A stretch of 64,000 nt of DNA from Nitrospirota bacterium (lineage in GTDB: Bacteria > Nitrospirota > Nitrospiria > 2-01-FULL-66-17), in the NCBI GenBank assembly GCA_049325335.1, contig JBMOMC010000001.1:96001-160000 (forward strand), in the 5' to 3' direction. The notes beneath the pieces are model-generated. The model was not told the DNA's origin, made no database searches, and saw nothing but the letters and a program-made list of their open reading frames with translations. The stretch's first letter is position 1. Every line of letters begins with the position of its first letter. This document shows, in pieces, positions 1 to 9,865 of this stretch. Position numbers and translations under genes: made by a program.

Positions 1-85
1 ATACGCCGCCGTGCCCCCGACTGCAAGTCATGGATATGGATCGTGAGAAAAAAGAGGCGTGTCGGCCGTGCGTGGGCGGAGCGAG

Positions 86-607
86 CTATAACTTCTTCAC
101 AACCGCCCACGCCAGATCGGTCAACTGCTCGGTCGTAAAATAACTCTCGCGCACGCGGCGGGTCGTGGGGTCGAATCGCTTGGCGCTCTGGACTACCACC
201 ACCACGCGCCCCGTGTGCACCACCACCGCGCGGTCCGCCCCGCCGCCGTAGGCGGAACAGGCCAAGGCTTCGTCGCCCAGTCCCGCGATGGGTGTGCTCG
301 GCTCGGTGTAGCCGCAATTGCGTCGGTAGCTTTCGTAGAACTCGGACTTGGCCAAGGGATTGATCGCCACCGAGAGGATGACGTCTTTCCCGTTGATCGT
401 ATAGTTACACGTCCCGTGCGCCCCGTGTCGAGAATCGCGCGGCACCAGCTCCACCCCGGAGCGCCCGGACACGGATTGGACCACGCGAGGCGGCAGCGCG
501 CGCTCGCAGGCGGGGTCCACTTGGGTGAGGAACGCGGACTGTCCCGACGTGGTCGGTGTTGCACTGAAGAACCCTAAGAAGGACGCCAGGACCGGAATCG
601 CGACCAT
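86..607 (-). CDS. hypothetical exported protein
   Basis: ATG at 607 with GGAGG RBS; hydrophobic N-terminus MVAIPVLASFLGFFSA; 4 Cys; no family recognised. Confidence 0.6.
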   Translation of the reverse strand: MVAIPVLASFLGFFSATPTTSGQSAFLTQVDPACERALPPRVVQSVSGRSGVELVPRDSRHGAHGTCNYTINGKDVILSVAINPLAKSEFYESYRRNCGYTEPSTPIAGLGDEALACSAYGGGADRAVVVHTGRVVVVVQSAKRFDPTTRRVRESYFTTEQLTDLAWAVVKKL

Positions 608-713
608 CGTCGTTCCTCCGAAACGAGGGGACGACTTCAGTCTACCGGAACCCCCGTGATTCGGCAACCGCAGGACTGATCGGAGCGGATGTCCGGGGGA
701 GGAGCAGACCGCG

Positions 714-1166
714 TTACGCCGTGGCTTCTTTGACCACCGACACCGACACTTCGCCGGTCACGTCGGACGCCAACTTGATCGGCACCGTGAACGTGCCCAA
801 TGCCTTGATGGGCTTATCCAAGACGATCTTGCGCTTGTCCACCGTGAATTCCTTGGCGGCCAACGCGTCGGCAATGTCCTTGCTGGTGACCGAGCCGAAC
901 AACTTATCGTCCTCGCCCGCCTGCATCGGGAACGTCAACGGCAACGCCGCAAGCCGCTTGACCAAATCCTCGGCCGCCACGCGCTCCTTCTTGCGCTTGG
1001 CCTCGATCACGCGCTTCTGGTGCTCCAGCGCACGCACGTTGCGCTCGGTCGCCGGCGCCGCCATCGACCGCGGAAGCAGATAGTTTCTGGCGTACCCGTC
1101 CTTCACAATCACCAGGTCGCCCATTTTGCCGACATGATCCACGTCTTCGCGAAGAATGATCCTCAT
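714..1166 (-). CDS. rplI: 50S ribosomal protein L9
   Basis: MRIILREDV..GKMGDLVIVKDGYARNYLLP and KLFGSVT motifs; GGAGGG RBS before ATG 1166. Confidence 0.97.
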   Translation of the reverse strand: MRIILREDVDHVGKMGDLVIVKDGYARNYLLPRSMAAPATERNVRALEHQKRVIEAKRKKERVAAEDLVKRLAALPLTFPMQAGEDDKLFGSVTSKDIADALAAKEFTVDKRKIVLDKPIKALGTFTVPIKLASDVTGEVSVSVVKEATA

Positions 1167-1200
1167 CGAACTACCCTCCATCTCAACAAATGAACGGCGA

Positions 1201-1230
1201 ATGATACAGAACCCGCCTGAAAGATGTCAA
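1201..1230 (-). promoter_or_regulatory. sigma70-like promoter of rplI
   Basis: minus strand TTGACA-N18-TATCAT about 35 nt upstream of the rplI start. Confidence 0.6.
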
Positions 1231-1381
1231 CGCGGCGACTATCCGCACAAACCGACATAGTGATGTCGCAGATCATATGTTCCGACATATGGGACCGTCT
1301 CTCGTGAACTCGGCCCCTTGATGATGAGACGCAGTGGTGCTAAAGTGCGTTGGTGATCTTCAGAGTACGGAGGGCTCCGCG

Positions 1382-1642
1382 GTGGCACGATTGACCATTA
1401 CTCTACCCAAACCACGACACATGGCGCTCAAGGAAGCGGCGGCTCGGCGAGGCAAGACGATCGGACAGCTTATCGAAGAGAGTCTCGACTTTTATGGAAT
1501 TACATCGAGTGAGCACGCATGGGCGTTGGTCGAAAAGGCCAGGGCCCGATCGGGCCTGAACGAACGTGAGGCGATGGATCTGGCGGTCGCCGAAACCCGG
1601 CGCGCGCGCCAGACGACGAGGAAAGCCCGACGCCGTAAATGA
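1382..1642 (+). CDS. CopG/ribbon-helix-helix antitoxin
   Basis: GTG start after GGAGGG; RLTITL..ALKEAAARRGKTIGQLIEESL RHH pattern; ATGA overlap with the PIN gene. Confidence 0.75.
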   Translation: MARLTITLPKPRHMALKEAAARRGKTIGQLIEESLDFYGITSSEHAWALVEKARARSGLNEREAMDLAVAETRRARQTTRKARRRK

Positions 1643-2076
1643 GCGCCCGCTTCGCGGTCGTGGACACGAACGTGGTCGTCAGCGGCTTACTGACCCGAGA
1701 CGCCCACGGCCCGACCGGACGCATCCTAGACGGCATGTTGCGCGGCGCGTTTCCGTTCTTGTTGTCAGCCGATCTGCTCGCCGAATATCGGACCGTCCTC
1801 TTGCGGCCGAAAGTCCGCTCGGCCCACGGATTGTCTCCCCCGCAGATCGACGAACTGTTGGCCGCGATCGCCGGGAACGCGACGCTCCGAGAACCCGACC
1901 CGCTCCCCGCGCCGACTGCCTATCACGGAGACGAACACCTGTGGCGCCTCACGGCCCTCTACCCCGGCACCACCCTCATCACCGGCGACCTCGCCCTCTT
2001 TGACACCGCGCCACAAGGGACCACCGTCCTATCGCCACGACGCTTCCTCGCGCTCATCGAGCGAACAACCCGCTGA
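1639..2076 (+). CDS. PIN-domain toxin (VapC-like, PIN_3 type)
   Basis: VVDTNVVVSGL, LLAEY, GDEHL and LITGD acidic PIN motifs. Confidence 0.85.
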   Translation: MSARFAVVDTNVVVSGLLTRDAHGPTGRILDGMLRGAFPFLLSADLLAEYRTVLLRPKVRSAHGLSPPQIDELLAAIAGNATLREPDPLPAPTAYHGDEHLWRLTALYPGTTLITGDLALFDTAPQGTTVLSPRRFLALIERTTR

Positions 2077-2089
2077 CCATAAAATCAAT

Positions 2090-3310
2090 TCAAGAGACTT
2101 GGCCCGTTACTTCTTGGACAATTGTAAGCGTTAGGCCTCGAACCTGGACAGGGCTAGAGCTGTCCGTGGTTGTTCCATCCCCAAGCTGTCCGCTGCGGTT
2201 TGCGCCCCACGCCCAAACGGTCCCATCCCGTTTAATCGCGAGGGTGTGGCTACGGCCGGAGCCAACCGCTACGACCTCGGCGAGACTCGTTACCATGCCT
2301 GGAGTGTTTCGGTCCGTTAGCGTAGGCGGCTCCCCCAACTCGCCGCTATTGTTCCATCCCCAGGTCCAGACGGTTCCATCCCGCTTCAGTGCCACAGAAT
2401 GATCACCGCCAGCAGCAATAGCAACTACATCACTCAACCCAACTACCCGTACTGGGCGGTAACTCGTTGTGTTCGTACCATCCCCCAGCTGACTTGCCTG
2501 ATTTCGCCCCCATGCCCAGATGGTTCCATCTTGCAGAAGAACGATGGTATGACTCCCACCAACAGCCACTGACTTGATATCTGAGAGCTCTACCACTCTG
2601 CGCGGCTCGGGTTGAAATCGGTCTGCATGGCCGAAGTCATGTCCGCCCCATGCCCACAATGAACCATCACGACTCATACCAGTAATGTACCCGCCGCCAG
2701 CACTGATCCCCACTATATCATTGAGGCCTCGGACTGGCCTCGGCAAACCAGGTGGCCGTGAAAGCCCGACCAATGCTGCCATGGGAGAGTAGTCTCCCCA
2801 TAGCCACACGCCCCCATCGACAGTAACAACCGCGTTGATGAAGTCGCCCGCCGTAACAGTTGCTGCGCGAGCTACTCCCTTCAAAGCTGCTGGACGTGCG
2901 CGTTTTGTCCTAGTTCCATCACCCAGTTCTCCATATCGATTGCCACCCCACGACCACACCCTGCCGTCAGCTCCGACTGCAAGGGAATAACTTCCAGCGG
3001 CGGTAATCGCTCTGATGCCGGTGGGAAACCCGATTCGCACAGGAGCTAATACGTGCGATTCACCCTCCCGCCCAAGTTGACCAGTTTCATTACCTCCCCA
3101 ACCCCACACGACCCCGGCACTGTCCAACACCATGCTATGCCAGCCGCCAGCTGCAAGCACTGGGGCCTGTTGGACGGGGAGAGACGAGAAGTCAGCGGAA
3201 CGCTCGGTTGTTTCTTGAGCAGCACAGGATGCTAGGAAACACGTGGCCAATAGAACGTTCAGACACCTGGTCCGTGGGCTTCTAGTCATTGTTCGCTCTC
3301 CCCCCGCCAT
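2090..3310 (-). CDS. RCC1/BLIP-II repeat beta-propeller lipoprotein
   Basis: repeated AAGxxHSxAL..[18 protein letters not shown] units; lipobox LASC; start may be 3289. Confidence 0.88.
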   Translation of the reverse strand: MAGGERTMTRSPRTRCLNVLLATCFLASCAAQETTERSADFSSLPVQQAPVLAAGGWHSMVLDSAGVVWGWGGNETGQLGREGESHVLAPVRIGFPTGIRAITAAGSYSLAVGADGRVWSWGGNRYGELGDGTRTKRARPAALKGVARAATVTAGDFINAVVTVDGGVWLWGDYSPMAALVGLSRPPGLPRPVRGLNDIVGISAGGGYITGMSRDGSLWAWGGHDFGHADRFQPEPRRVVELSDIKSVAVGGSHTIVLLQDGTIWAWGRNQASQLGDGTNTTSYRPVRVVGLSDVVAIAAGGDHSVALKRDGTVWTWGWNNSGELGEPPTLTDRNTPGMVTSLAEVVAVGSGRSHTLAIKRDGTVWAWGANRSGQLGDGTTTDSSSPVQVRGLTLTIVQEVTGQVS

Positions 3311-3351
3311 GATATATTGGCGCCACCTCCGTCCACTCGCTGGTTACTAAC

Positions 3352-4269
3352 TCAATTCGACTGCAATACCATCACCGTGTCCGTCGGCGTCTTCCCGCCC
3401 GCATCCCGGCCGCCGATCAGATAGATCGTTTCACCTAACGTGACCGCGGTAGCCGCGGCGCGAGGCTCTGGCATTGGCGGCAGCATGGTCCACCTGCTCT
3501 CGCGCGTGTAGCGCGCGGCTTTGGGTTGGATGCCGTGGCCGTCGTTGCCCCCGAACGCGTGGATGGCGCCATCCACGACGAGCGCGGCCACGCCTGCGGT
3601 GGGCCATGGCAATGGGCCGACGTCTGATTTTTCCCAGGCGCCCTTTGCGGGGTTGTACGCTTCGATCACGTCGAAATTGCGAAACGCGTTGTCGCGAAAC
3701 GCGCCGCCGCCCATGGCGAGCAGCTTGCCCTCCCACGGGACCGCGGCGAGGGAGAAGCGCGGGGTGGGCATGGGGGAGAGTTCCAGCCAGCGACTTTGGA
3801 ACACGTCAAACACTTCGGCGAAGCTGAACGCGGGGTCGGTCAATGGCCCGCCCTGGGTGTCGGGTAAATGGCCGCCGACCAGGTAGATGCGGCCGCCCAT
3901 AACCGTTGCTGCAGGCGCGTCGTGGCGGCGGAGCAAGTCCGGACCTTTCGTCCATGAATCTTTTTCAGGATCATAGATCTCGACCACGGTGAGGAATTGA
4001 AACGTGCCGTCGGGCTTTTTGAAGCCCCCGCCCATCACGTAGATCTTGTTCTGGAATGGAACGGCCACGATGCCGGATCGCGCGGTGGGCATGGTGGCGA
4101 TCGGCGACCAGCGATCGGTCTTGGGGTCGTAGCATTCCGCGCTGTTGAGCGCGGCAAAGGCGTGCCCTCCCCCTCCGAACACGTAGATGCGATTCTGATG
4201 GACGGCCGCGGCGCAGTGCGACCGGACCGTGGACATGGGTCGCGCGAGCGTCCAGCCCGGATTATTCAT
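3352..4269 (-). CDS. Kelch repeat beta-propeller protein
   Basis: about six repeats of R..aav...IYvxGG...YDP..xW..xxM. Confidence 0.88.
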   Translation of the reverse strand: MNNPGWTLARPMSTVRSHCAAAVHQNRIYVFGGGGHAFAALNSAECYDPKTDRWSPIATMPTARSGIVAVPFQNKIYVMGGGFKKPDGTFQFLTVVEIYDPEKDSWTKGPDLLRRHDAPAATVMGGRIYLVGGHLPDTQGGPLTDPAFSFAEVFDVFQSRWLELSPMPTPRFSLAAVPWEGKLLAMGGGAFRDNAFRNFDVIEAYNPAKGAWEKSDVGPLPWPTAGVAALVVDGAIHAFGGNDGHGIQPKAARYTRESRWTMLPPMPEPRAAATAVTLGETIYLIGGRDAGGKTPTDTVMVLQSN

Positions 4270-4322
4270 GAACGTTCGTTGCGAAACCGCGCAAACGCCA
4301 GCGGAATGTGCGGGGCGCCGCG
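4256..4322. repeat. truncated copy of repeat family B
   Basis: CCCGGATTATTCATGAACGTTCGTTGCGAAACCGCGCAAACGCCAGCG aligns with the left arm of the element at 45239. Confidence 0.75.
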
Positions 4323-4451
4323 AGGAGCCTGTTCAGGGAAGGCTAGATGCAAGGCGGAGGGAGAGCCTTGCGCGCGGAGCGTACTGGGTCGTACGTGAGC
4401 ACGCAAGGCCGACCGACAACGCCGCAGATGGCCTTTCATGGACAGGCTCCT
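4323..4451. repeat. palindromic intergenic repeat family A, copy 1 (MITE/REP-like)
   Basis: terminal IR AGGAGCCTG/CAGGCTCCT; core GCGTACTGGGTCGTAC and CAACGCCGCAGATG shared with copies at 21260 and 47246. Confidence 0.85.
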
Positions 4452-4466
4452 AGCCCGCGCGCGTGG

Positions 4467-6185
4467 TCATTGCGACGCGTTGGCCCAGGCGATGATAGCG
4501 CCGGCCGCGTCGTCGAGTTTAATCTTGCGGACGTTACCGGTTCGGCGCTCTTTGAATTCCACCTCGCCCTGGGCAAGCGATTTGTCGCCGAGCACCACGT
4601 GCAGCGAGATGCCGAGCAGGTCCGCGTCGTTGAACTTTACGCCGGGCCGCTCGGACCGATCGTCAATCAGCACTTCAATGCCGGCCTTGGCTAATTCGGC
4701 TCCGATGCGCGCCGTGGCTTCCACCACCGCGGGCTTGTCGCTCAGCGGAATAATGTGCGCGGCATAGGGCGAGAGCGGCGCGGGCCAGATGATGCCTTTG
4801 GCGTCGTGGTTCTGCTCCACGGCCGCGGCCATGATGCGGCTCACGCCGATGCCGTAACAGCCCATGATGATCGTCTGTTCCTTGCCGTCCTGATCCAGGA
4901 ACACGGCCTTCATCTTCTCCGTGTACTTGGTGCCGAGGCGGAACACGTGGCCCACTTCGATCCCTCGCGAGACGGTCAAATGGCCGTCGGCGCAGCGCGG
5001 GCACGGGTCGCCCGTGACCACGTTACGCAGGTCCGCGATTGTGTCGATTTGGAAATCCCGGAACGGCTCCACGTGCGACAGGTGGGTGCCAGCCTTGTTC
5101 GCGCCCACCACCGCGTCGCTCACCGCGGCCGCGGCATGGTCCGCGACGATCTTCACGTCCTTAAGTCCGACCGGCCCGGAAAAGCCCTTGGGCCCGCCCG
5201 TGACGCGCGAGATGGCGGCGTCAGACGCCAACGCCACGTGATCGACTTTCAAATACCGTTTGAGTTTGACCTCGTTGGCCTCGTGGTCCCCGCGAATCAG
5301 CACCGCCACCACATCGTCGCCCGCCTGATACAACATCGTCTTGATCAGGCGTGAGGCTGGCACGCCGAGACGCTCCGCCACCTCCGCCACCGTATGTTGG
5401 CGCGGCGTGCTGACTTCCTCGGCGGGCGGGACGTTGGACCGACTCCCCGACTCGGCCGCGGGCGCCTTGGCTTCCGCGCGTTCCACGTTCGCGCCGTAAC
5501 CGCAACGATCGCACGCCGCGATCGCGTCTTCCCCGGTCTCGGCCAACACCATGAACTCGTGAGAAAAGTTCCCGCCGATCAATCCCGCGTCCGCCTCCAC
5601 GGGCCGGAACGTCAGGCCGCAGCGCTCGAAGATCCGAGAGTACGTGTGGTACATGATTTCGTAACTCTTCTCGCTCCCAGCGTCGTCCCGATCAAAGCTG
5701 TACGCGTCCTTCATCAAAAATTCGCGGCCGCGCATCAAGCCGAACCGCGGACGGATCTCGTCGCGGAATTTCGATTGAATCTGATACAGCGTGACCGGCA
5801 ACTGACGGTAGGACTTGACCTCGCGGCGCACCAGGTCCGTCACCACCTCTTCATGCGTGGGGCCCAGGCAGAATTCGCGGTCGTGCCGGTCCTTGAGCCG
5901 CGCAAGCTCCTTGCCGTACTGGCCCCATCGCTCGGTCTCCTGCCACAACTCCGCGGGTTGGACGAACGGCATCAGGATCTCTTGCGCGCCGGCACGGTCC
6001 ATCTCCTCGCGCACGATGCGCTCCACGCGTTTGAGCACGCGATAGCCGAGCGGGAGAAAGTTGTAGATTCCGGCCGCGACTTTACGAATCATGCCCGCGC
6101 GAAACAGCAGCCGATGGCTGACGGTTTCGGCTTCGCCGGGATCTTCGCGGAGCGTGGGAATTAAGAGTTGGGAATATCTGGCCAC
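4467..6185 (-). CDS. proS: proline--tRNA ligase
   Basis: RYSQLLIPTLRE start (GTG 6185), GPTHEE, FRDEIRPRFGLMRGREF, GIEVGH, MGCYGIG; editing insert present. Confidence 0.97.
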   Translation of the reverse strand: MARYSQLLIPTLREDPGEAETVSHRLLFRAGMIRKVAAGIYNFLPLGYRVLKRVERIVREEMDRAGAQEILMPFVQPAELWQETERWGQYGKELARLKDRHDREFCLGPTHEEVVTDLVRREVKSYRQLPVTLYQIQSKFRDEIRPRFGLMRGREFLMKDAYSFDRDDAGSEKSYEIMYHTYSRIFERCGLTFRPVEADAGLIGGNFSHEFMVLAETGEDAIAACDRCGYGANVERAEAKAPAAESGSRSNVPPAEEVSTPRQHTVAEVAERLGVPASRLIKTMLYQAGDDVVAVLIRGDHEANEVKLKRYLKVDHVALASDAAISRVTGGPKGFSGPVGLKDVKIVADHAAAAVSDAVVGANKAGTHLSHVEPFRDFQIDTIADLRNVVTGDPCPRCADGHLTVSRGIEVGHVFRLGTKYTEKMKAVFLDQDGKEQTIIMGCYGIGVSRIMAAAVEQNHDAKGIIWPAPLSPYAAHIIPLSDKPAVVEATARIGAELAKAGIEVLIDDRSERPGVKFNDADLLGISLHVVLGDKSLAQGEVEFKERRTGNVRKIKLDDAAGAIIAWANASQ

Positions 6186-6202
6186 GAATGTGCTCTGTGG
6201 TC

Positions 6203-6230
6203 GTAGGGGCGTACGGCCGTACGCCCCTAC
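6203..6230. repeat. GTAG-type REP palindrome
   Basis: perfect palindrome GTAGGGGCGTACGGCCGTACGCCCCTAC overlapping the ispG stop. Confidence 0.8.
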
Positions 6231-7336
6231 ACGTCGGTGACGAGGGGTAAGAGCGGCTCCGGGGTCACGCCCCGTTCCGCGAGCATGAGGTCGATTTCTT
6301 TCAGCAACACGTCCATCAACTCGGTCTCGGGGACTCTGCGCACGATCTCGCCGTGTTTGAACAGCAGGCCCACGCCGCGGCCGCCCGCAATACCGATGTC
6401 GGCTTCCTTGCCCTCGCCGATGCCGTTGACCACGCAACCGAGAATCGACACGGTCAGCGGCTCCTTGAGGTGCGCGAGGCGGCGTTCCACCTCGTTGGCC
6501 ATGCGGATCACGTCGATCTCCAACCGGCCGCACGTCGGGCACGCGACCACGTTCACGCCGCGGCGACGCAGATCCAATGCCTTGAGGACTTCAAAACCGG
6601 TCTTGACCTCCTCGACCGGATCAGCCGCCAGCGACACGCGGATGGTGTCGCCGATGCCTTCGGCCAAGAGGATGCCCAAGCCCACCGCGGATTTGATGCC
6701 GCCCGAGAATGCGGTGCCGGCCTCTGTGATCCCCAAGTGCAGCGGGTAGTCGCTGACCGCGGAAAACGCGCGGTACGCGGCGACGGCCAGGCCCACGTGT
6801 GAGGCTTTGAGCGAGACTTTGATGTCGTGAAAGTCCAGATCTTCCAGGATACGAATGTGGCTGAGCGCGGACTCCACCATGGCCTCTGGCGTGGGATAGC
6901 CGTACTTTTCGAGCAACTCGCGCTCCAGTGATCCCGCGTTCACGCCGATCCGAATCGGCGTCCCGCGCTCCTTGGCCGCCTTGACCACGCGCTCGACCTT
7001 GTCGCGATCCCCGATGTTGCCGGGGTTGATGCGCAGGCAATCCACGCCCGCGTCCAACGCGTTGAGCGCGAGTTTGTAGTCGAAATGCACGTCCGCGATC
7101 AACGGTAAGGTGGTCTGCCGGCGAATCTCCGGCAACGCCTCGGCCGCGGGCACGTCCGGCACCGCTACGCGCACGATCTCGCACCCCGCGCGCTCCAATT
7201 CCGCGATCTGCGCCACGGTCTTGTCGATCTGCGACGTGTCGGTGGTGGTCATGGATTGCACCGAAATCGGCGCATCGCCGCCGATGGCCACGTTGCCGAC
7301 TTTAATTTGTTTTGTGTGTCGTCTCGTAATATTCAT
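6227..7336 (-). CDS. ispG: 4-hydroxy-3-methylbut-2-enyl diphosphate synthase
   Basis: [31 protein letters not shown] and GCVVNG motifs. Confidence 0.98.
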   Translation of the reverse strand: MNITRRHTKQIKVGNVAIGGDAPISVQSMTTTDTSQIDKTVAQIAELERAGCEIVRVAVPDVPAAEALPEIRRQTTLPLIADVHFDYKLALNALDAGVDCLRINPGNIGDRDKVERVVKAAKERGTPIRIGVNAGSLERELLEKYGYPTPEAMVESALSHIRILEDLDFHDIKVSLKASHVGLAVAAYRAFSAVSDYPLHLGITEAGTAFSGGIKSAVGLGILLAEGIGDTIRVSLAADPVEEVKTGFEVLKALDLRRRGVNVVACPTCGRLEIDVIRMANEVERRLAHLKEPLTVSILGCVVNGIGEGKEADIGIAGGRGVGLLFKHGEIVRRVPETELMDVLLKEIDLMLAERGVTPEPLLPLVTDV

Positions 7337-7348
7337 TGAACCTTCGCG

Positions 7349-8650
7349 CTACCCAATAATTCTCATGATGTCGTTGTACGAGACAACTAATGCCAGCGTG
7401 ATCAGAAGGACCATCCCTACCGTCTGCGCGATTTCCAGACCCCGGCGGCTCAACGGATGCCCGATCACGGCTTCAATCAAAAAGAACACCAGCCATCCGC
7501 CGTCCAACACCGGGATGGGCAGCAGGTTCATGATCCCCAGTTGCAAACTGATAAACGCCACCAGCCGCACCACGTCGGAGAATCCGGAGTCCGCGGCTTC
7601 GCCGGTGACCTGCGCAATCATGATCGGCCCGCCCAGGGCCTTGATCGACAAATTCCCGGTGAAGAGTTGCCCCAACACCTGGAACGTCAGGGTCGTCAGC
7701 TCCCACATCTTCTTGGTGCCCTGCACCACCGCGTCCGTGAACCCGTACGATCGGACCACGGTGGAATCCTTGCCCCCCACACCGATCACCCAGCGTTTGG
7801 ACGCATCGTCCATGGCGGGAATCACTTCCACGGTCGACTCCGCGCCGTCACGAAGGTATCGGATGGTCAACGCCGCGCCTTGGTTCGACTGAATGGCTTC
7901 GGACATCTGGAACCAATTCCGAATCGGCGCGTCGTTGAGCGCCACGATTTCATCCCCGGGCTTCAACCCGGCCATGGCCGCCGGCATGCCGGAGTTCACC
8001 GCGCCCACGACCGCCGGTTTTTCGGGAAGGAGGCCCAACCCCGCGCCGCCCTTCTCCAACTGCGCCGGAACCGTGATCGGCATGGTCAGAGTGCGCTCGC
8101 CCCGCCGCACAACGACTTCGACGGTGCGGTCGGGAATGGCGGCCAGTTGCGTCACCGCGCTCTCCCACGTGGCCACCTCGGTCCCGCCCACGGAGACCAA
8201 CCGATCCCCGGGTTCAAAACCCGCGCCCTTGGCGGACGAGTTCGCCTCGACCCACCCCACCACGGGCGGCTGCTCCAAAAACGCGGGCAACGTGGTGCCC
8301 AGCATGAACACCACCGGCATCAACACGAACGCGACGATAATGTTCATCGCCGGACCGGCCAACACGATCCGCGCGCGTTCCCCCAACGTCCGCGAGGAGA
8401 ACTCGTCGGGCGCCCGCGTGCCTTCCTGCGTGGGGTCGTCGCCCGCCATCTTGACGTAGCCGCCCAACGGGATCGCCGAGACCATGTATTCGGTGTCGCC
8501 GACCTGTTTACTAAACACCTTGGGGCCGAATCCCAGGGAAAAGCGCAACACGCGAACGCCCGTCCACCGGGCTACCATGAAGTGGCCCAGTTCGTGGACG
8601 AAAATCAGGAATCCCAATACGATCAAAAATACTATTACGGTATGAATCAT
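7349..8650 (-). CDS. rseP: RIP metalloprotease RseP with two PDZ domains
   Basis: HELGH and NLLPIPVLDGG motifs; position after dxr. Confidence 0.96.
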   Translation of the reverse strand: MIHTVIVFLIVLGFLIFVHELGHFMVARWTGVRVLRFSLGFGPKVFSKQVGDTEYMVSAIPLGGYVKMAGDDPTQEGTRAPDEFSSRTLGERARIVLAGPAMNIIVAFVLMPVVFMLGTTLPAFLEQPPVVGWVEANSSAKGAGFEPGDRLVSVGGTEVATWESAVTQLAAIPDRTVEVVVRRGERTLTMPITVPAQLEKGGAGLGLLPEKPAVVGAVNSGMPAAMAGLKPGDEIVALNDAPIRNWFQMSEAIQSNQGAALTIRYLRDGAESTVEVIPAMDDASKRWVIGVGGKDSTVVRSYGFTDAVVQGTKKMWELTTLTFQVLGQLFTGNLSIKALGGPIMIAQVTGEAADSGFSDVVRLVAFISLQLGIMNLLPIPVLDGGWLVFFLIEAVIGHPLSRRGLEIAQTVGMVLLITLALVVSYNDIMRIIG

Positions 8651-9858
8651 GCCCTCACCTCGCGAAGCCCCGGTCCACGCGGGAACGGCGCGGTCCCTGA
8701 TCGCTCGTCAAGAAAGCGTCGCGCCGCGCGACGCGCCGCCGCGTCGGCTCCCAATATATCATCCACCGTGGACGCCGTCCCCGCCTTGGTTTCATGTAAC
8801 ACACGCTCGATCGTCTCGGCAATGGCGAGAAACCCGACGCGGCCGTCGAGAAACGCCCCCACCGCTTCTTCGTTGGCCGCGTTGAGCGCGGCCGGCACGG
8901 TACCGCCGGCGCGCAGCGCGGCGTAGCCGTACTCCAAACACGGGAACCGGGACGTATCCGGCGCCTCAAACGTCAACGCCCCGCGCCCGACCACGTCCAG
9001 CGGCGCCATCGGCAACGGCAATCGACGGGGGTGACTCATTGCGTACGCGATGGGTCCGCGCATGTCCGCAACGCCCATTTGGGCGAGGACCGAGCCGTCG
9101 CAAAATTCCACCATGGAGTGCACCACGCTCTGGCGATGGATCACCACGTCGATCCGCTCCGTCGGAATCCCGAACAACCAGTGCGCTTCAATGACCTCCA
9201 ACCCCTTATTCATGAGCGTGGCCGAGTCAATCGTGATCTTCGGTCCCATGGACCAGTTGGGATGGCGCAACGCGTCTTCGCGGGTCACGCGCGCCAGGCG
9301 GTCACTCGGCGCGTCCCAAAACGGTCCGCCCGAGGCGGTGAGGATCAGCCGACGGACGTCCTGCCCGCGCTGCCCCGCCAACGCCTGGAAAATGGCGCTG
9401 TGTTCGCTGTCCACGGGCAGGATCACCGCGCCGCGGCGCGCGACCTCGGCGGTCACCAACGCCCCGGCCATCACCATGGTTTCCTTGTTGGCCAACGCCA
9501 CGGTTTTGCCCGCGCGAATCGCCGCGAGCGTGGGCAGCAGGCCCGCCGCGCCCACGATGGCGGACACCACCAGATCGCCGTCCGCGCCGCCCGCCACGTC
9601 GGCCGCCGCGTCCGGCCCGCCGATGATCTCCGTGGGCACGCCCGCGCACCGCTCGCGCAACCGCGCGGCCTCGATCGGAGACGCCACGGAGGCCAGTTTC
9701 GGCTTGACGGCTTTGATTTGGCGTTCAAAGGCGTCGCCGCCCCGACCCGCCGACAACGCCGCGACCTCGAATTCCTGCGGGAACGCCGCGGCCACGTCGA
9801 GCGCGGCGCGGCCGATCGATCCGGTGGCCCCGAGAATAATCAGGCGTTTGCGAGCCAT
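8647..9858 (-). CDS. dxr: 1-deoxy-D-xylulose-5-phosphate reductoisomerase
   Basis: GATGSIG, LANKE, PVDSEH, TASGGPF, HPNWSMG and NKGLEVIE motifs. Confidence 0.98.
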   Translation of the reverse strand: MARKRLIILGATGSIGRAALDVAAAFPQEFEVAALSAGRGGDAFERQIKAVKPKLASVASPIEAARLRERCAGVPTEIIGGPDAAADVAGGADGDLVVSAIVGAAGLLPTLAAIRAGKTVALANKETMVMAGALVTAEVARRGAVILPVDSEHSAIFQALAGQRGQDVRRLILTASGGPFWDAPSDRLARVTREDALRHPNWSMGPKITIDSATLMNKGLEVIEAHWLFGIPTERIDVVIHRQSVVHSMVEFCDGSVLAQMGVADMRGPIAYAMSHPRRLPLPMAPLDVVGRGALTFEAPDTSRFPCLEYGYAALRAGGTVPAALNAANEEAVGAFLDGRVGFLAIAETIERVLHETKAGTASTVDDILGADAAARRAARRFLDERSGTAPFPRGPGLREVRA

Positions 9859-9865
9859 CCGCTCC

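Noticed and set aside
6186..6542. 119-aa N-terminal extension of ProS in the ORF track
   Set aside because: It overlaps ispG and a REP palindrome; ProS homology starts at GTG 6185.
7457..8926. Long antisense or alternate-frame ORFs (e.g. 7457-8926, 16566-17885, 22325-23560, 60411-61787, 62883-63941)
   Set aside because: They shadow well-supported genes and have Arg/Gly/Pro-biased or motif-free translations, as expected in high-GC DNA.
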